A DNA stretch of 64,000 nt from Candidatus Adlerbacteria bacterium (GTDB lineage Bacteria; Patescibacteriota; Minisyncoccia; Phycocordibacterales; SBAW01), in assembly GCA_903851045.1 (NCBI GenBank), contig CAINNF010000015.1:32644-96643 (forward strand), read 5' to 3'. The position numbers and the translations under genes were made by a program. The notes beneath the pieces were generated by a model. It did not search any database, was not told the DNA's origin, and worked only from the letters and a program-made list of their open reading frames with translations. Positions 18,908-28,224 of the stretch are shown here, piece after piece (position 1 is the first letter of the stretch; each line of letters begins with the position of its first letter).

Positions 18908-19006
18908 TCCGTCGACATAAGTCGCAGTACACCCATACTGCGACTTTTCTTTTGATCGTACGAAAAGAAAATCCCACCCGCGGCACGCGAGTGGGTAGGC
19001 GCACAG

Positions 19007-19345
19007 TCAGACAAAGATCCGTTCGAGATACATGGCGGGAGCACATGCCCTCCCGTACTTCTCGCCAAAATCTATAGACGCCCACACCACCGAAATCGGT
19101 TCAAGCTGGTGCTGACGCGTCACAAAACCTCGAACCGGGGCGATCGCTTTCACCTCACCCACCGCTCCCGCTGGCACCAGTTTGCTCTTGTGGAACCGTG
19201 GTATCGGCAACAGCGTTTGCACCTTCTCACCGACCTCGGTCGGTGGATATTGTGCACGCACCACCTCGGGTGCGTGTATATCGAACGGCCCCGTGTCATC
19301 ATCATCGTCACTGTCTTCAGGAGCCAGAGGTTCGGTCGACACCAT
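19007..19345 (-). CDS. Hypothetical protein (acidic N-terminus, possible SH3-like fold)
   Basis: GAAGGA RBS before MVSTEP; upstream TTGACA promoter. Confidence 0.55.
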   Translation of the reverse strand: MVSTEPLAPEDSDDDDDTGPFDIHAPEVVRAQYPPTEVGEKVQTLLPIPRFHKSKLVPAGAVGEVKAIAPVRGFVTRQHQLEPISVVWASIDFGEKYGRACAPAMYLERIFV

Positions 19346-19525
19346 GTCTTTTCCTTCTTTCCCGCGCGCTTCTGCAACAAGACTTACACGTAATACAAAC
19401 CATGTCAATCGTATTGCTGCCCGAGGGCTCGGGTGTAGAAAAAAGTCCTTGCAGGAGACAACACCCTTGCCGAACGAAACTCGTCTCGGTAGGATGGCTA
19501 TAGAAGAGCACATGAGGAGGACGTT

Positions 19526-19840
19526 GTGGCAGTACCACGATCGAAATACTCCCTACCCGACATCGAGACCCTCAGGGGGTTGGCGAGGCGAGACCCTCCG
19601 CTGACGGCCGCGCAGATCGGACGCACCCTGGTCGACCACCATGGATGGGGTGTCAAATATAAGTGGAGCGGGCTCGACAACCATGAGTTGCGGGGGCGCG
19701 TCAGAGGTATCTGCACATCGAACGGCATCGTCCTAAAGCATAGCGAGGTCATACAGCAAGAGCGCGGGAAGAAGCGGGACCCGCGATTCATCCGCGCGAA
19801 CACGCTGCCGCCGCTCCCCTCTGAGATCGGCAAGACATAG
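19526..19840 (+). CDS. Hypothetical basic protein
   Basis: GAGGAGG RBS before GTG; terminator after the stop. Confidence 0.55.
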   Translation: MAVPRSKYSLPDIETLRGLARRDPPLTAAQIGRTLVDHHGWGVKYKWSGLDNHELRGRVRGICTSNGIVLKHSEVIQQERGKKRDPRFIRANTLPPLPSEIGKT

Positions 19841-19963
19841 GCCTCACGAACACCACGCCGCCCCGACGCAGGGCGGCGTTCTTTCGTCAGATGCACACAC
19901 GACACCCCGTCTTGCATGCACGCATAAAAAAGGTCGCCGAGTGTCGGCGACCAGGTAGCAGGC

Positions 19964-20194
19964 CTAGTGATGTAAGACTCGAACGATCAAGTCGGGCGAG
20001 ATGAAGGCTGCGGAGCCGGTCACCCGCACCCTGCCGTCTTTGATCTCCTCCACGTCGACGTGGGCACCATCACCGAGGACGACACGCATACCGACCTGGT
20101 GGAGCCCTAGCGCCTCGAGCTTGAGCCGACGATCCCGTAGCGCCATTCGAGGCAGCGGTGGCGTCTTGATCTTCCTGTCCTGCCAATCGAACAT
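19964..20194 (-). CDS. Small hypothetical protein
   Basis: AGGAGAGG RBS; terminator at about 19925-19952. Confidence 0.55.
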   Translation of the reverse strand: MFDWQDRKIKTPPLPRMALRDRRLKLEALGLHQVGMRVVLGDGAHVDVEEIKDGRVRVTGSAAFISPDLIVRVLHH

Positions 20195-20287
20195 CGCACC
20201 TCTCCTTTCCTTCCCCGTTATACGCTAAAACGAAGACGAGCGCCACCGTGTATAAAAACCGCCCCTGGGTCGGGGCGGCGAAGACGA

Positions 20288-20863
20288 TCAAAAGGTCGGA
20301 AGGATGGTGTACGATCGCTCTCGACCCTTTCGCACCTTCACGTGTACGCAGCGCTCACTGGGCCTGATCTGTCGCAAAGATCGACGTAGTCGTGGGTACG
20401 CGAGCTTCTCGAGCGGATCCCCGGCAAGATCCCCCCACTCCGACACAAGCACGTACCCAAGCGTGATGGAGCGACACGACCCGTCCGTGTCCTCGAGGAC
20501 GGCGACGAAGATGAACTTCTCGTGTACCGTCGTGCCGTCAGGATAGTTGCATGCGAGGTCACGCACCCGGTCGAGCGTCGCCTGGCCGAAGGATCTGTTC
20601 ATGTAGCGAAGCGGGAGCACCGTCACGACACTCCCGACCCCACGATCGACGGCCGCGATGAAGTGCGCCTGATCCTGCACGCTGTAGAACAAAAGATAGA
20701 TGATCCTCGTGCCGGGCTTGCGACCGACAAAGACGAACTTATTCTCGTCGATCAACGCCCGCACCCGCTCCAACGGCAGGCGAAGCCGCTTCTGAGCATG
20801 CACTACCGCATGCCCCGTCGACACCGCTCTTTTCAACACGTCCTCCTGTCCCGTTTCGGGCAC
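20288..20863 (-). CDS. Hypothetical protein
   Basis: 191-aa ORF followed by a terminator hairpin. Confidence 0.55.
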   Translation of the reverse strand: MPETGQEDVLKRAVSTGHAVVHAQKRLRLPLERVRALIDENKFVFVGRKPGTRIIYLLFYSVQDQAHFIAAVDRGVGSVVTVLPLRYMNRSFGQATLDRVRDLACNYPDGTTVHEKFIFVAVLEDTDGSCRSITLGYVLVSEWGDLAGDPLEKLAYPRLRRSLRQIRPSERCVHVKVRKGRERSYTILPTF

Positions 20864-20920
20864 GTCCCACTTTCATTCAACCAAACAGCATTCTACACAA
20901 CATACCCAACTTGTGCACAC

Positions 20921-20996
20921 GAGAAAGGCCTTCCGCGTTGTCGGATTCGACCAGCATAGGGTCTACATACTCGGCTCGTGTCACTGATTCGTTCAT
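20921..20996 (-). pseudogene. 76-bp internally deleted remnant of a second hsdR
   Basis: 20957-20996 matches the hsdR start 24526-24565 (37/40); 20921-20954 matches internal hsdR 22607-22640 (32/34). Confidence 0.75.
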
Positions 20997-20997
20997 A

Positions 20998-22053
20998 TTA
21001 TGTTGCTATAGCCGCTTCGTGTCGTGCGCGCTCGACCATGAACCGCACCCCCTCGGACATGTTCTCTGCCTCGAGCTTGATGTCGGGATGCGCATGATGA
21101 AAGACTCGAAACACTTCGTCAGCGAATGCCTGCCCAACCGTTGGCACCTTGTCGAAGTCGAAGACGACATACTTGAACTTCTCCAGCCCCGTTAGCACAC
21201 GCCGCGCTTGGGAGCGAGAGATATGTACACCACCTATTGTATACAACTTCACGCGCACCTCGGTCTTGTCGAACCCATAGTCACTGGAGTCATCAAGGTT
21301 GGTGTACTTTTTAAATACGTCCTGCAAGTGTCGCTTGGACGTAGCCGAGAGCGTGAACGATACGCGCGTACCCCGCTTCATCTTCGACACCTTTTTCACG
21401 AACACATCTGGTGCTTTGTTGTCGACTATCAGCTGATATCCAAAACTGTCGAGGATGAACATATCAGCCACGCGCGAAGTAAAGAAGATACCTTCGCCCG
21501 AGTGCGACTTCGGCATCGTGGTTGTCTTACCTTTGAGAATATCTTGGATAGCCTCAAGTTCGGAGGCGAGGCCGCGCTGCCGCATCACGTTGCGAAACAC
21601 ACCGATGCCTGAATCTTGAATGACGAACGAGAGCGTCTTGTGGGGCACCGACACCTCGACCCCGATGCGCACTGACTGCGAGTGTTCGATAGCATTGTTG
21701 AACATCTCTGAAAACGCATACGTGAAGATACTCCGCACATTCTCAGGCAAATTCTCAAGCGTCGGGAATGCATGTTCTATCTGGTCGAGAACCTTGTGCT
21801 CTTCGAGCTGCTTGTTCGCAAAAGACTTAGCGTATCGAAGCGGCAAGATCTCTGGGTGCGCCCGAGCGTACTCGGGCAACACATAGAATGCATAGCGCGT
21901 CGCGCCAAACTTCATAAGCTGTCCATTGGCCACAAGCTCCTGGAGCAAAACGTGTATATATTGTCGCGACACGCCAAAGGAGTCTGAGAGTTCAGTCGAG
22001 GTTATCCTCCCCTTCTGCTTTGCCAAAGCAACTATATTTTCGGGTGTAATCAT
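20998..22053 (-). CDS. wHTH + HATPase_c + STAS-like (DUF4325) protein
   Basis: N-terminal HTH (VSRQYIH), EMFNNAIEHS, DSGIG, GEGIFFT, C-terminal SRSQA...FDF..V..VGQAFADE. Confidence 0.85.
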   Translation of the reverse strand: MITPENIVALAKQKGRITSTELSDSFGVSRQYIHVLLQELVANGQLMKFGATRYAFYVLPEYARAHPEILPLRYAKSFANKQLEEHKVLDQIEHAFPTLENLPENVRSIFTYAFSEMFNNAIEHSQSVRIGVEVSVPHKTLSFVIQDSGIGVFRNVMRQRGLASELEAIQDILKGKTTTMPKSHSGEGIFFTSRVADMFILDSFGYQLIVDNKAPDVFVKKVSKMKRGTRVSFTLSATSKRHLQDVFKKYTNLDDSSDYGFDKTEVRVKLYTIGGVHISRSQARRVLTGLEKFKYVVFDFDKVPTVGQAFADEVFRVFHHAHPDIKLEAENMSEGVRFMVERARHEAAIAT

Positions 22054-22070
22054 AATGGTATCGACAAGTC

Positions 22071-22113
22071 ATTGTCAACCAAAGTATATTCTATTGTCAA
22101 CCCATTGTCAACC
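22071..22113. repeat. Three ATTGTCAACC direct repeats over the DUF4325 gene promoter
   Basis: Copies at 22071, 22093 and 22104 (spacing 22 and 11 bp). Confidence 0.7.
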
Positions 22114-22231
22114 AGCCACATCACACGCACCTGTGAATAAAAAGGGTACTCAGCACACTGCCAGACTCTACCCCTGCTCCGTCTCCCAAATTTTTATTTT
22201 CATAGAGTACTGTATATCCCCAGACTAGTAA

Positions 22232-24565
22232 CTATTTAGAATATAGCCCGATTTGAAAAGCGAAAAACTGCGAACGAATAGCGTCCACGTCCCCGAGTAC
22301 CTGTTCGGCGTCTGAGAGCGCATGATATTTAAGATTAAGAAGCACTGGCAACTTCTCCTCACCAAGTTCCATGTCGCCCCCCTCCTCGTACTTCTTGAGA
22401 ACAAACGACAGAAACTCTTTTTGTGCTCCGCTCACTGAATCAAGGATGGTGCTTTTGTTGCGCTCCACTCTGTCCTTTCGTGTTATTGGTCGTGTTGCGA
22501 ACGAGACATATGACAGCACATCAAACAGGTCGCTGTTTTCGGCATCAATCATTTTCTGCAACGTTTCCAACTCATCACGACCAAAACCAAGCTCGGCGAT
22601 ACGATCGAGAAATGCCTTCCGCGTTGTCGGATTTGACCAGATGTTTCGAAGCTCTTCTTCATTCTTAAAGAACTCGGGCATCGCACCAAACATATTTTGA
22701 ATAAACTCTTCGGCAGAGATTGGCTTACCGTCTGCACCCCAAAACGAAGTCGAGATCATGTACTGGATTTCTCGCTCCTTGCCGTCTCTGAGTTTGATTA
22801 TAATTTTCTTTTTCTGTTCAATAGGCTCTGGAGTTTGTTCAGGCTCTGTGTGCTCCCTGCGCTCTTTTGGCTTCTTGGGAGTACTGGGTTCCACATCCTC
22901 TGCCTCAATCGGCTCGCCATCCCACTCTGGGTCAGCGAAGTGTTTATACGCATCCACGAAATCGTAGATCGTAAAATACTCCTTACCGTCAAACAGTCGG
23001 GTGCCGCGACCGACAATCTGCTTGAACTCAATCATTGAGTTCACAGGACGCATCAAGACAATGTTTCGCACATTGCGAGCATCCACACCAGTCGACAACT
23101 TTTGCGAAGTGGTGAGAATGGTCGGAATACTCCGCTCGTTATCCTGGAATTCGCGCAAAAACTGCTCGCCGCGGGCTCCATCGTTCGCCGTGACACGGAC
23201 GCAGTAGTTCGGGTCGGTGCTGTCTTTCATCTGATTCACCAAATCGCGCACCGCGAGCGCGTGCGTCTGATTGGCACAAAAAATAATAGTCTTCTCGTCT
23301 TGGCGTATTTCATCAAGCACGATACGTACGCGCTTGGCCTCGCGCTCTTTGATCTCAATAATCCTATTAAAATCCGCTTCTTCGTATATCTTACCCTGCT
23401 CTACTTCACCCTCGACTACCTCGTCGTCCGACGTGTACACATAGTCGTCCAAGGTCGTCTGGATGCGCTTCACTTTAAACGGCGTCAGGAAGCCGTCATT
23501 GATACCCTGCTTGAGCGAGTAGGTATAGAGCGGATCACCGAAATACTTGTAGGTGTCTACATTGTCGACGCGCTTCGGGGTCGCCGTGAGACCTAGCTGT
23601 ACCGCTGGAGCAAAATAATCGAGGATGCTGCGCCAGTTGGATTCGTCGTTCGCTCCCCCACGGTGACATTCGTCGATAATAATCAAATCAAAAAAGTCTG
23701 CCGGATAATCGCCAAAATACGGCGTATTGTTTGACCCACCCTGCGGTGAGGTACTCGAACCCGTCATGAACGTCTGAAAAATAGTAAAGAATATGCTCCC
23801 GTTGGTCGGGATTGCGCCTCGCTTGCGGATCTCGAGCGGGTTAATACGTACAAGTGCATCCTCGGGAAAAGCGGCGAAAGCATTGTACGCTTGGTCTGCA
23901 AGAATATTTCGATCGGCCAAAAAGAGCACTCGCGGGCGACGCTTGCCATCGCGCTGAAGTGTCCAACGGGCTTGGAAGATCTTCCATGCGATCTGGAATG
24001 CGATAGTCGTCTTCCCCGTCCCGGTCGCGAGCGTGAGCAGGAGTCGCTTCTTGTTTTCGGCGATAGCATCGAGCGCGCGATTGATAGCAATCTCTTGGTA
24101 GTATCGCTTGCCATACTCACCCTCAAGAGGGATCGAAGCGAATGTCTCCTTCCACTGCGCCGTCTGTGACTCCTCGTGGCCAAACAGCTGCGCCCACAAC
24201 TCCTCAGGTGTTGGGAACTTCTCGACATATTCCTCCTTTCCACTCTTCATCGACACACAATAAATCTCTCGACCGTTGGTCGAATAGGTGTGCTCGATTT
24301 GGAGCTTCTCTGCGTACGCCTTCGCCTGGGCGACACCTTCGGTCGCAGGCAGGTCGAGCGCTTTCGCCTCCACCACAGCGAGCTTCTGGTTCTTGTACAC
24401 CAACACATAGTCCGCGATCTCGGGTTTGGCGCGCACGCCACCCGTCTGGATCTTGCCGTCCGTAATGCGAAACTCGCGCAACACGCGCGACCCTTCCACC
24501 TCACCCCAACCGGCTTCCTTGAGCTTAGGGTCTACGTACTCGGCTCGCGTCTCTGATTCGTTCAT
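22232..24565 (-). CDS. hsdR: Type I restriction endonuclease subunit R (EcoAI/EcoEI-like)
   Basis: ADY...VVEAK nuclease motif, LATGTGKT, IIIDECHRG, LTATP, QIVGRGTR, EcoEI-type C-terminus. Confidence 0.95.
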   Translation of the reverse strand: MNESETRAEYVDPKLKEAGWGEVEGSRVLREFRITDGKIQTGGVRAKPEIADYVLVYKNQKLAVVEAKALDLPATEGVAQAKAYAEKLQIEHTYSTNGREIYCVSMKSGKEEYVEKFPTPEELWAQLFGHEESQTAQWKETFASIPLEGEYGKRYYQEIAINRALDAIAENKKRLLLTLATGTGKTTIAFQIAWKIFQARWTLQRDGKRRPRVLFLADRNILADQAYNAFAAFPEDALVRINPLEIRKRGAIPTNGSIFFTIFQTFMTGSSTSPQGGSNNTPYFGDYPADFFDLIIIDECHRGGANDESNWRSILDYFAPAVQLGLTATPKRVDNVDTYKYFGDPLYTYSLKQGINDGFLTPFKVKRIQTTLDDYVYTSDDEVVEGEVEQGKIYEEADFNRIIEIKEREAKRVRIVLDEIRQDEKTIIFCANQTHALAVRDLVNQMKDSTDPNYCVRVTANDGARGEQFLREFQDNERSIPTILTTSQKLSTGVDARNVRNIVLMRPVNSMIEFKQIVGRGTRLFDGKEYFTIYDFVDAYKHFADPEWDGEPIEAEDVEPSTPKKPKERREHTEPEQTPEPIEQKKKIIIKLRDGKEREIQYMISTSFWGADGKPISAEEFIQNMFGAMPEFFKNEEELRNIWSNPTTRKAFLDRIAELGFGRDELETLQKMIDAENSDLFDVLSYVSFATRPITRKDRVERNKSTILDSVSGAQKEFLSFVLKKYEEGGDMELGEEKLPVLLNLKYHALSDAEQVLGDVDAIRSQFFAFQIGLYSK

Positions 24566-24629
24566 TAAAACCATTATGCAACGCGGCAGATTTTATGTAA
24601 ATGACCCACAGGCGACACATGAACACCCC

Positions 24630-25022
24630 TTAAAAGAGATGTTTGTAGGCTGGGTAATTATTCTTAATGATCTGCTGCCACTCTGCTGTTTCGTTGTGCC
24701 CGCTGAGATCCGTCTTGGTATACACGAGCAGCACCGACACCGACTGCTGCTGCTTGTGCCACGCGACTATACAGCGATTCCCCGACGTCTTAGCAGACTC
24801 TTGTGTCCCAGCAACACGAAACTTCGTCTTGATGATCAATATATCACCAGCATCACACACCGTCTCAGCCCTGCTCGTTAAGATGAGTGCATCGATGCGC
24901 TCAAGCTCTGCCATAATCGCGAGCAACGTGACGTCCCATTTCGCCTTGTATTTCTTTGAAAAACTTTTGATAAAGTGACGCTCGGCAAACACCTCGATAT
25001 TAACAGCATTATTGCCTGGCAT
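24630..25022 (-). CDS. RelE/ParE-like toxin candidate
   Basis: F.K.F.K...K..FR......KTSGNR.IV......V.VLLVYTKTD pattern; starts 7 nt after the antitoxin stop. Confidence 0.6.
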   Translation of the reverse strand: MPGNNAVNIEVFAERHFIKSFSKKYKAKWDVTLLAIMAELERIDALILTSRAETVCDAGDILIIKTKFRVAGTQESAKTSGNRCIVAWHKQQQSVSVLLVYTKTDLSGHNETAEWQQIIKNNYPAYKHLF

Positions 25023-25029
25023 ATATGCG

Positions 25030-25722
25030 CTAGAACACCTCGTCGGGGTCCTCTTGGGTGATCAGTTCGTACGGAATAATTTCGTCCATGCGGCACAGCA
25101 CATAGGGCAGCTGATTGTGCGTAAACGTAACGATCTCCTGCGTCTTTTTATCTTTCCACTTCGCGGCGATCTTCTTGAGTAACGCTTGCTCTTTGGGTGA
25201 CACTGTTTGTATCTTTTCGTTCCTATTACTCTCTGACTCACCGACCAAGAACATCTCCTTTCCGTTCTCATTCTTGTGGTCGATCACGATCTTACCATCC
25301 TGCTCGAGCTCATCAAGCGCGCGAAAGAACGCATCCGGCACGGGGCCGTATGCGATCTTGCGATATGACATACCACTCATGCTCTCCATGTGCTCATAGA
25401 ACCAAGCGAAGTCCGCCAAATAGAGCAGCTTCGCGAGCTTGGTCTTGGGTATCTTACCGTCTTTCGACAGGTTCATGCGTAGATAGAGCAGCAACATCTG
25501 CTTGTACTTGGCGATGTTCGGAATATTCCCTGACAATAACTCGTCGACAGTGATACCAAACAAACTCGCCAGCTTCTGAGCTTCGTCAGTATCGAGCTTC
25601 TGCTTACCCACCTCGATGGCCGTATACGTGGGACGAGACACCCCAATAGCCTTCGCCACCTGCTCTTGGGAAAGCTTGTGGGCGACGCGAAGCTCCTTGA
25701 GCTTTCGCATATACGTATTCAT
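25030..25722 (-). CDS. XRE-HTH + DUF4065 (Panacea/SocA-like) antitoxin
   Basis: LKELR..HKLSQEQVAKAIGVSRPTY..IE.G HTH; TKLAKLLYLADF...YRK..YGPVP Panacea motifs. True start likely at 25722. Confidence 0.85.
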   Translation of the reverse strand: MNTYMRKLKELRVAHKLSQEQVAKAIGVSRPTYTAIEVGKQKLDTDEAQKLASLFGITVDELLSGNIPNIAKYKQMLLLYLRMNLSKDGKIPKTKLAKLLYLADFAWFYEHMESMSGMSYRKIAYGPVPDAFFRALDELEQDGKIVIDHKNENGKEMFLVGESESNRNEKIQTVSPKEQALLKKIAAKWKDKKTQEIVTFTHNQLPYVLCRMDEIIPYELITQEDPDEVF

Positions 25723-25858
25723 ACCCAAAAGTGTATACGAACCATGTAAAGAAGTCAAGCGATTTTGGTCGAAATATTGACGTACAGATTCTGAAGCGTA
25801 AAATATGTCTACTGGCATGGTCGAGCCAGGTAAGAACAAGTGATCAAATCGTAATAAC

Positions 25859-25999
25859 ATGAGTAAGACAAACGGAATCAGAAGCAGTAAGAATCTCGCT
25901 AGTAAAGCGGCGAAAGCTCTTAGTAGTGGTAGCACCAGCAAGAACACAAAGTCCCTTGCTGCAAACACCCTCGGCAACAGAGCAAAAAAGAGTCACTAG
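25859..25999 (+). CDS. 46-aa basic Ser/Lys/Ala-rich small protein (not in ORF track)
   Basis: MSKTNGIRSSKNLASKAAKALSSGSTSKNTKSLAANTLGNRAKKSH; divergent from the antitoxin gene. Confidence 0.55.
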   Translation: MSKTNGIRSSKNLASKAAKALSSGSTSKNTKSLAANTLGNRAKKSH

Positions 26000-26053
26000 A
26001 CGGAATGAAACTATGCAAAAATCCACACTATGCCAAGTAGGGTGGATTTTACT

Positions 26054-27244
26054 TTACAACTCCCCTGCGAATGCCTGCTGCAAAATCGACTTCTTGAGCT
26101 CATCCAAACAAGCCAACTTCTTGGCATAGATCTCCTCCAGCTTTTTGGTCTCCCCCGCCAAAGCATCCAACTTTTTAACTATCGCTTTTTGTTCTGGAAA
26201 AGGCGGCAACAGAAACTCAAAGGCAAATAGATGCTCTCGATTTACCTTTGGCATACCGGCTCTATCCGAACCCAAAATTGCATACTTAGTGAAACCAGAT
26301 GTTAATAGTAGATAATACAAAAAATCTCTATTCAATGTTTTTTCGTCGGGCAATAGAGGATATATGTCCGCACTGCACAGTCCGTCAAAATCTGGCCTAA
26401 CTACTTTCATTAAGTATGGTCGTATTTTGCTGTATAACACCATATTCTTATCAAAAATAAACTTTCCAGAAATAAGTTTTTCTTCTTTTGCTGTCTTAAC
26501 ATCAATAAGCTCTCCTGTCTTTGCTTGAATATTTCCAGCTCCAACGTGCCGCATATTTAGAAACCGCTTCTCCCTCGGGTCGACCAGTTTTGAAGCAATC
26601 GCGCACACAGTATCTAGTCGAATTAATTTCCATCCCTCCCCCGGATTAGCAAAAACACCTTGTAAATAAGACTCAAAAAGCTCGCGGGAATTCTGCAAAT
26701 TCTTTTCTGTGTTCGCTTTCGCCTTTTCAATTTTCTCAAAAACTTCATCCAGAATTTTCACAATCCTCTTTTGCTCGGTTAGGGGTGGGAGTGGAATTTC
26801 TATTTCGCCCAAATTTTTACGACTAATTCTTGTTCTTGTCGTCCCACTAGTTTTTCCTGCAACTGCATCTAAGTAGAGATTTGATTGAGAATAGTAATTA
26901 AAATATCGGGGAATAATTTTTAGTGGATCAAAACGAGCAATACTACAATCAACCGCAGTTATCATTCTTTCCCCGGTATTTGGCAAAATACATGCACGAC
27001 CTACAGGGTCGGGCAGACGAGAGATCAGGCAGTCGCCTTTAAAAATTTCGGTGCACCTCAATCTGTTAAATGTCTTTTCCGAAATATAACGCGCCTTCTC
27101 TCCCCTGTCTTTGAAAACACCGACACCTACGTTGCCGGTCTGGATAAGACGAATTCCATCTCTCGATTGATCCTTACTCTCTATCCAATTACCATCCGTA
27201 AAGACCTTACAGACTTCACCTAGTTTCTTTGTTTGTAACATCAT
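26054..27244 (-). CDS. hsdS: Type I restriction-modification specificity subunit S
   Basis: Two TRDs, each followed by the PLPPL.EQ..IV / LPPFPEQK.IV repeat; ends SILQQAFAGEL; ATGA overlap with the upstream gene. Confidence 0.93.
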   Translation of the reverse strand: MMLQTKKLGEVCKVFTDGNWIESKDQSRDGIRLIQTGNVGVGVFKDRGEKARYISEKTFNRLRCTEIFKGDCLISRLPDPVGRACILPNTGERMITAVDCSIARFDPLKIIPRYFNYYSQSNLYLDAVAGKTSGTTRTRISRKNLGEIEIPLPPLTEQKRIVKILDEVFEKIEKAKANTEKNLQNSRELFESYLQGVFANPGEGWKLIRLDTVCAIASKLVDPREKRFLNMRHVGAGNIQAKTGELIDVKTAKEEKLISGKFIFDKNMVLYSKIRPYLMKVVRPDFDGLCSADIYPLLPDEKTLNRDFLYYLLLTSGFTKYAILGSDRAGMPKVNREHLFAFEFLLPPFPEQKAIVKKLDALAGETKKLEEIYAKKLACLDELKKSILQQAFAGEL

Positions 27245-28218
27245 ACGTATTGAGCCTTGTTTTCTTCGCAATGTTTTTTTACAAAATTAAACCAGTTTTC
27301 GTACCAATACCATGTCTTTTCAATTTCTACCCCAAACCCTTTAGACAGATCTTTTGCATTTTCGCTTTTCCAAAGCTGTGTATGTTTATGTAATCCAAAC
27401 CGGGTATACCCAATCTTGTTCATTTCGCTAACTATTTTTTTGGGCAAATATTTTGGCTTTTCTTTATCTCTAAAAGCCCAATACTCTTTATTTAGGCCTT
27501 TTGCTATTTCAGAATTTGGATCCACAAACTCTATCACCTTATCAGCTTGACCTTTTCTATTTGCAGTCTTTGGGACAAACAAGACTCTATAAGAAAATCT
27601 ACTATTATTGAACTCATCCTCAGGCAGTCCTTCATCAAACGCCTCAATATATGTGGCAATATTACTAGGAAGATCTTTATAATCTGAGAGCTGATTAATT
27701 TGTTTCTCACTTAGTGAGGAGAATTGTAAACTGAATGAAAGGTGCTTTTCGATACTTTTTTCGTTCGGAAATAATTTTTTTAGATACTCATTATAATTCA
27801 AGCAGCAAGCCTGAAATCTTGCACTTAAAAGATCGTCTATTCTTGTAGTCATCTGATGTTCGATTTCGTGCCTAAGACCTATCAGAAAAAGCAGGTTGGA
27901 CACAGCAACCCTGTCGATTGGTGATTTTTTATCATTCAAGCACCGTTCAAGTTCCCAATATTTATAAGCACCATTCTTTGTAAAATCAAACTTCCTGTTT
28001 TTGCCTTTTTGCTCAAAATACCTATATTCAATTTTCTTGCTACGATAGTACGCATGCAACAGATATGTCCACGCAATAATTGCTAGCACTATAAAAGATT
28101 CGGATTTAAACTGAATATTTGGATTATTAAAAACTTGAACAGCTGTCAATATAGACTCTTTCGATTTTAAGATTAGTTCGTCTTTGACTGAGTGAAGCTT
28201 TCTCTTTCTCTTTGCCAT
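27241..28218 (-). CDS. DUF3644 domain protein with HEPN-type RxxxxH motif
   Basis: KS.E..L.A...FN.P, IAWTYLLHAY, LRHEIEH; very AT-rich DNA. Confidence 0.8.
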   Translation of the reverse strand: MAKRKRKLHSVKDELILKSKESILTAVQVFNNPNIQFKSESFIVLAIIAWTYLLHAYYRSKKIEYRYFEQKGKNRKFDFTKNGAYKYWELERCLNDKKSPIDRVAVSNLLFLIGLRHEIEHQMTTRIDDLLSARFQACCLNYNEYLKKLFPNEKSIEKHLSFSLQFSSLSEKQINQLSDYKDLPSNIATYIEAFDEGLPEDEFNNSRFSYRVLFVPKTANRKGQADKVIEFVDPNSEIAKGLNKEYWAFRDKEKPKYLPKKIVSEMNKIGYTRFGLHKHTQLWKSENAKDLSKGFGVEIEKTWYWYENWFNFVKKHCEENKAQYV

Positions 28219-28224
28219 ACGGTC

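Noticed and set aside
25723-25977. Leu-rich N-terminal extension of the antitoxin ORF
   Set aside because: A promoter-like TTGACT...TATAC lies just before the ATG at 25722, and the extension is the antisense of a + strand microprotein
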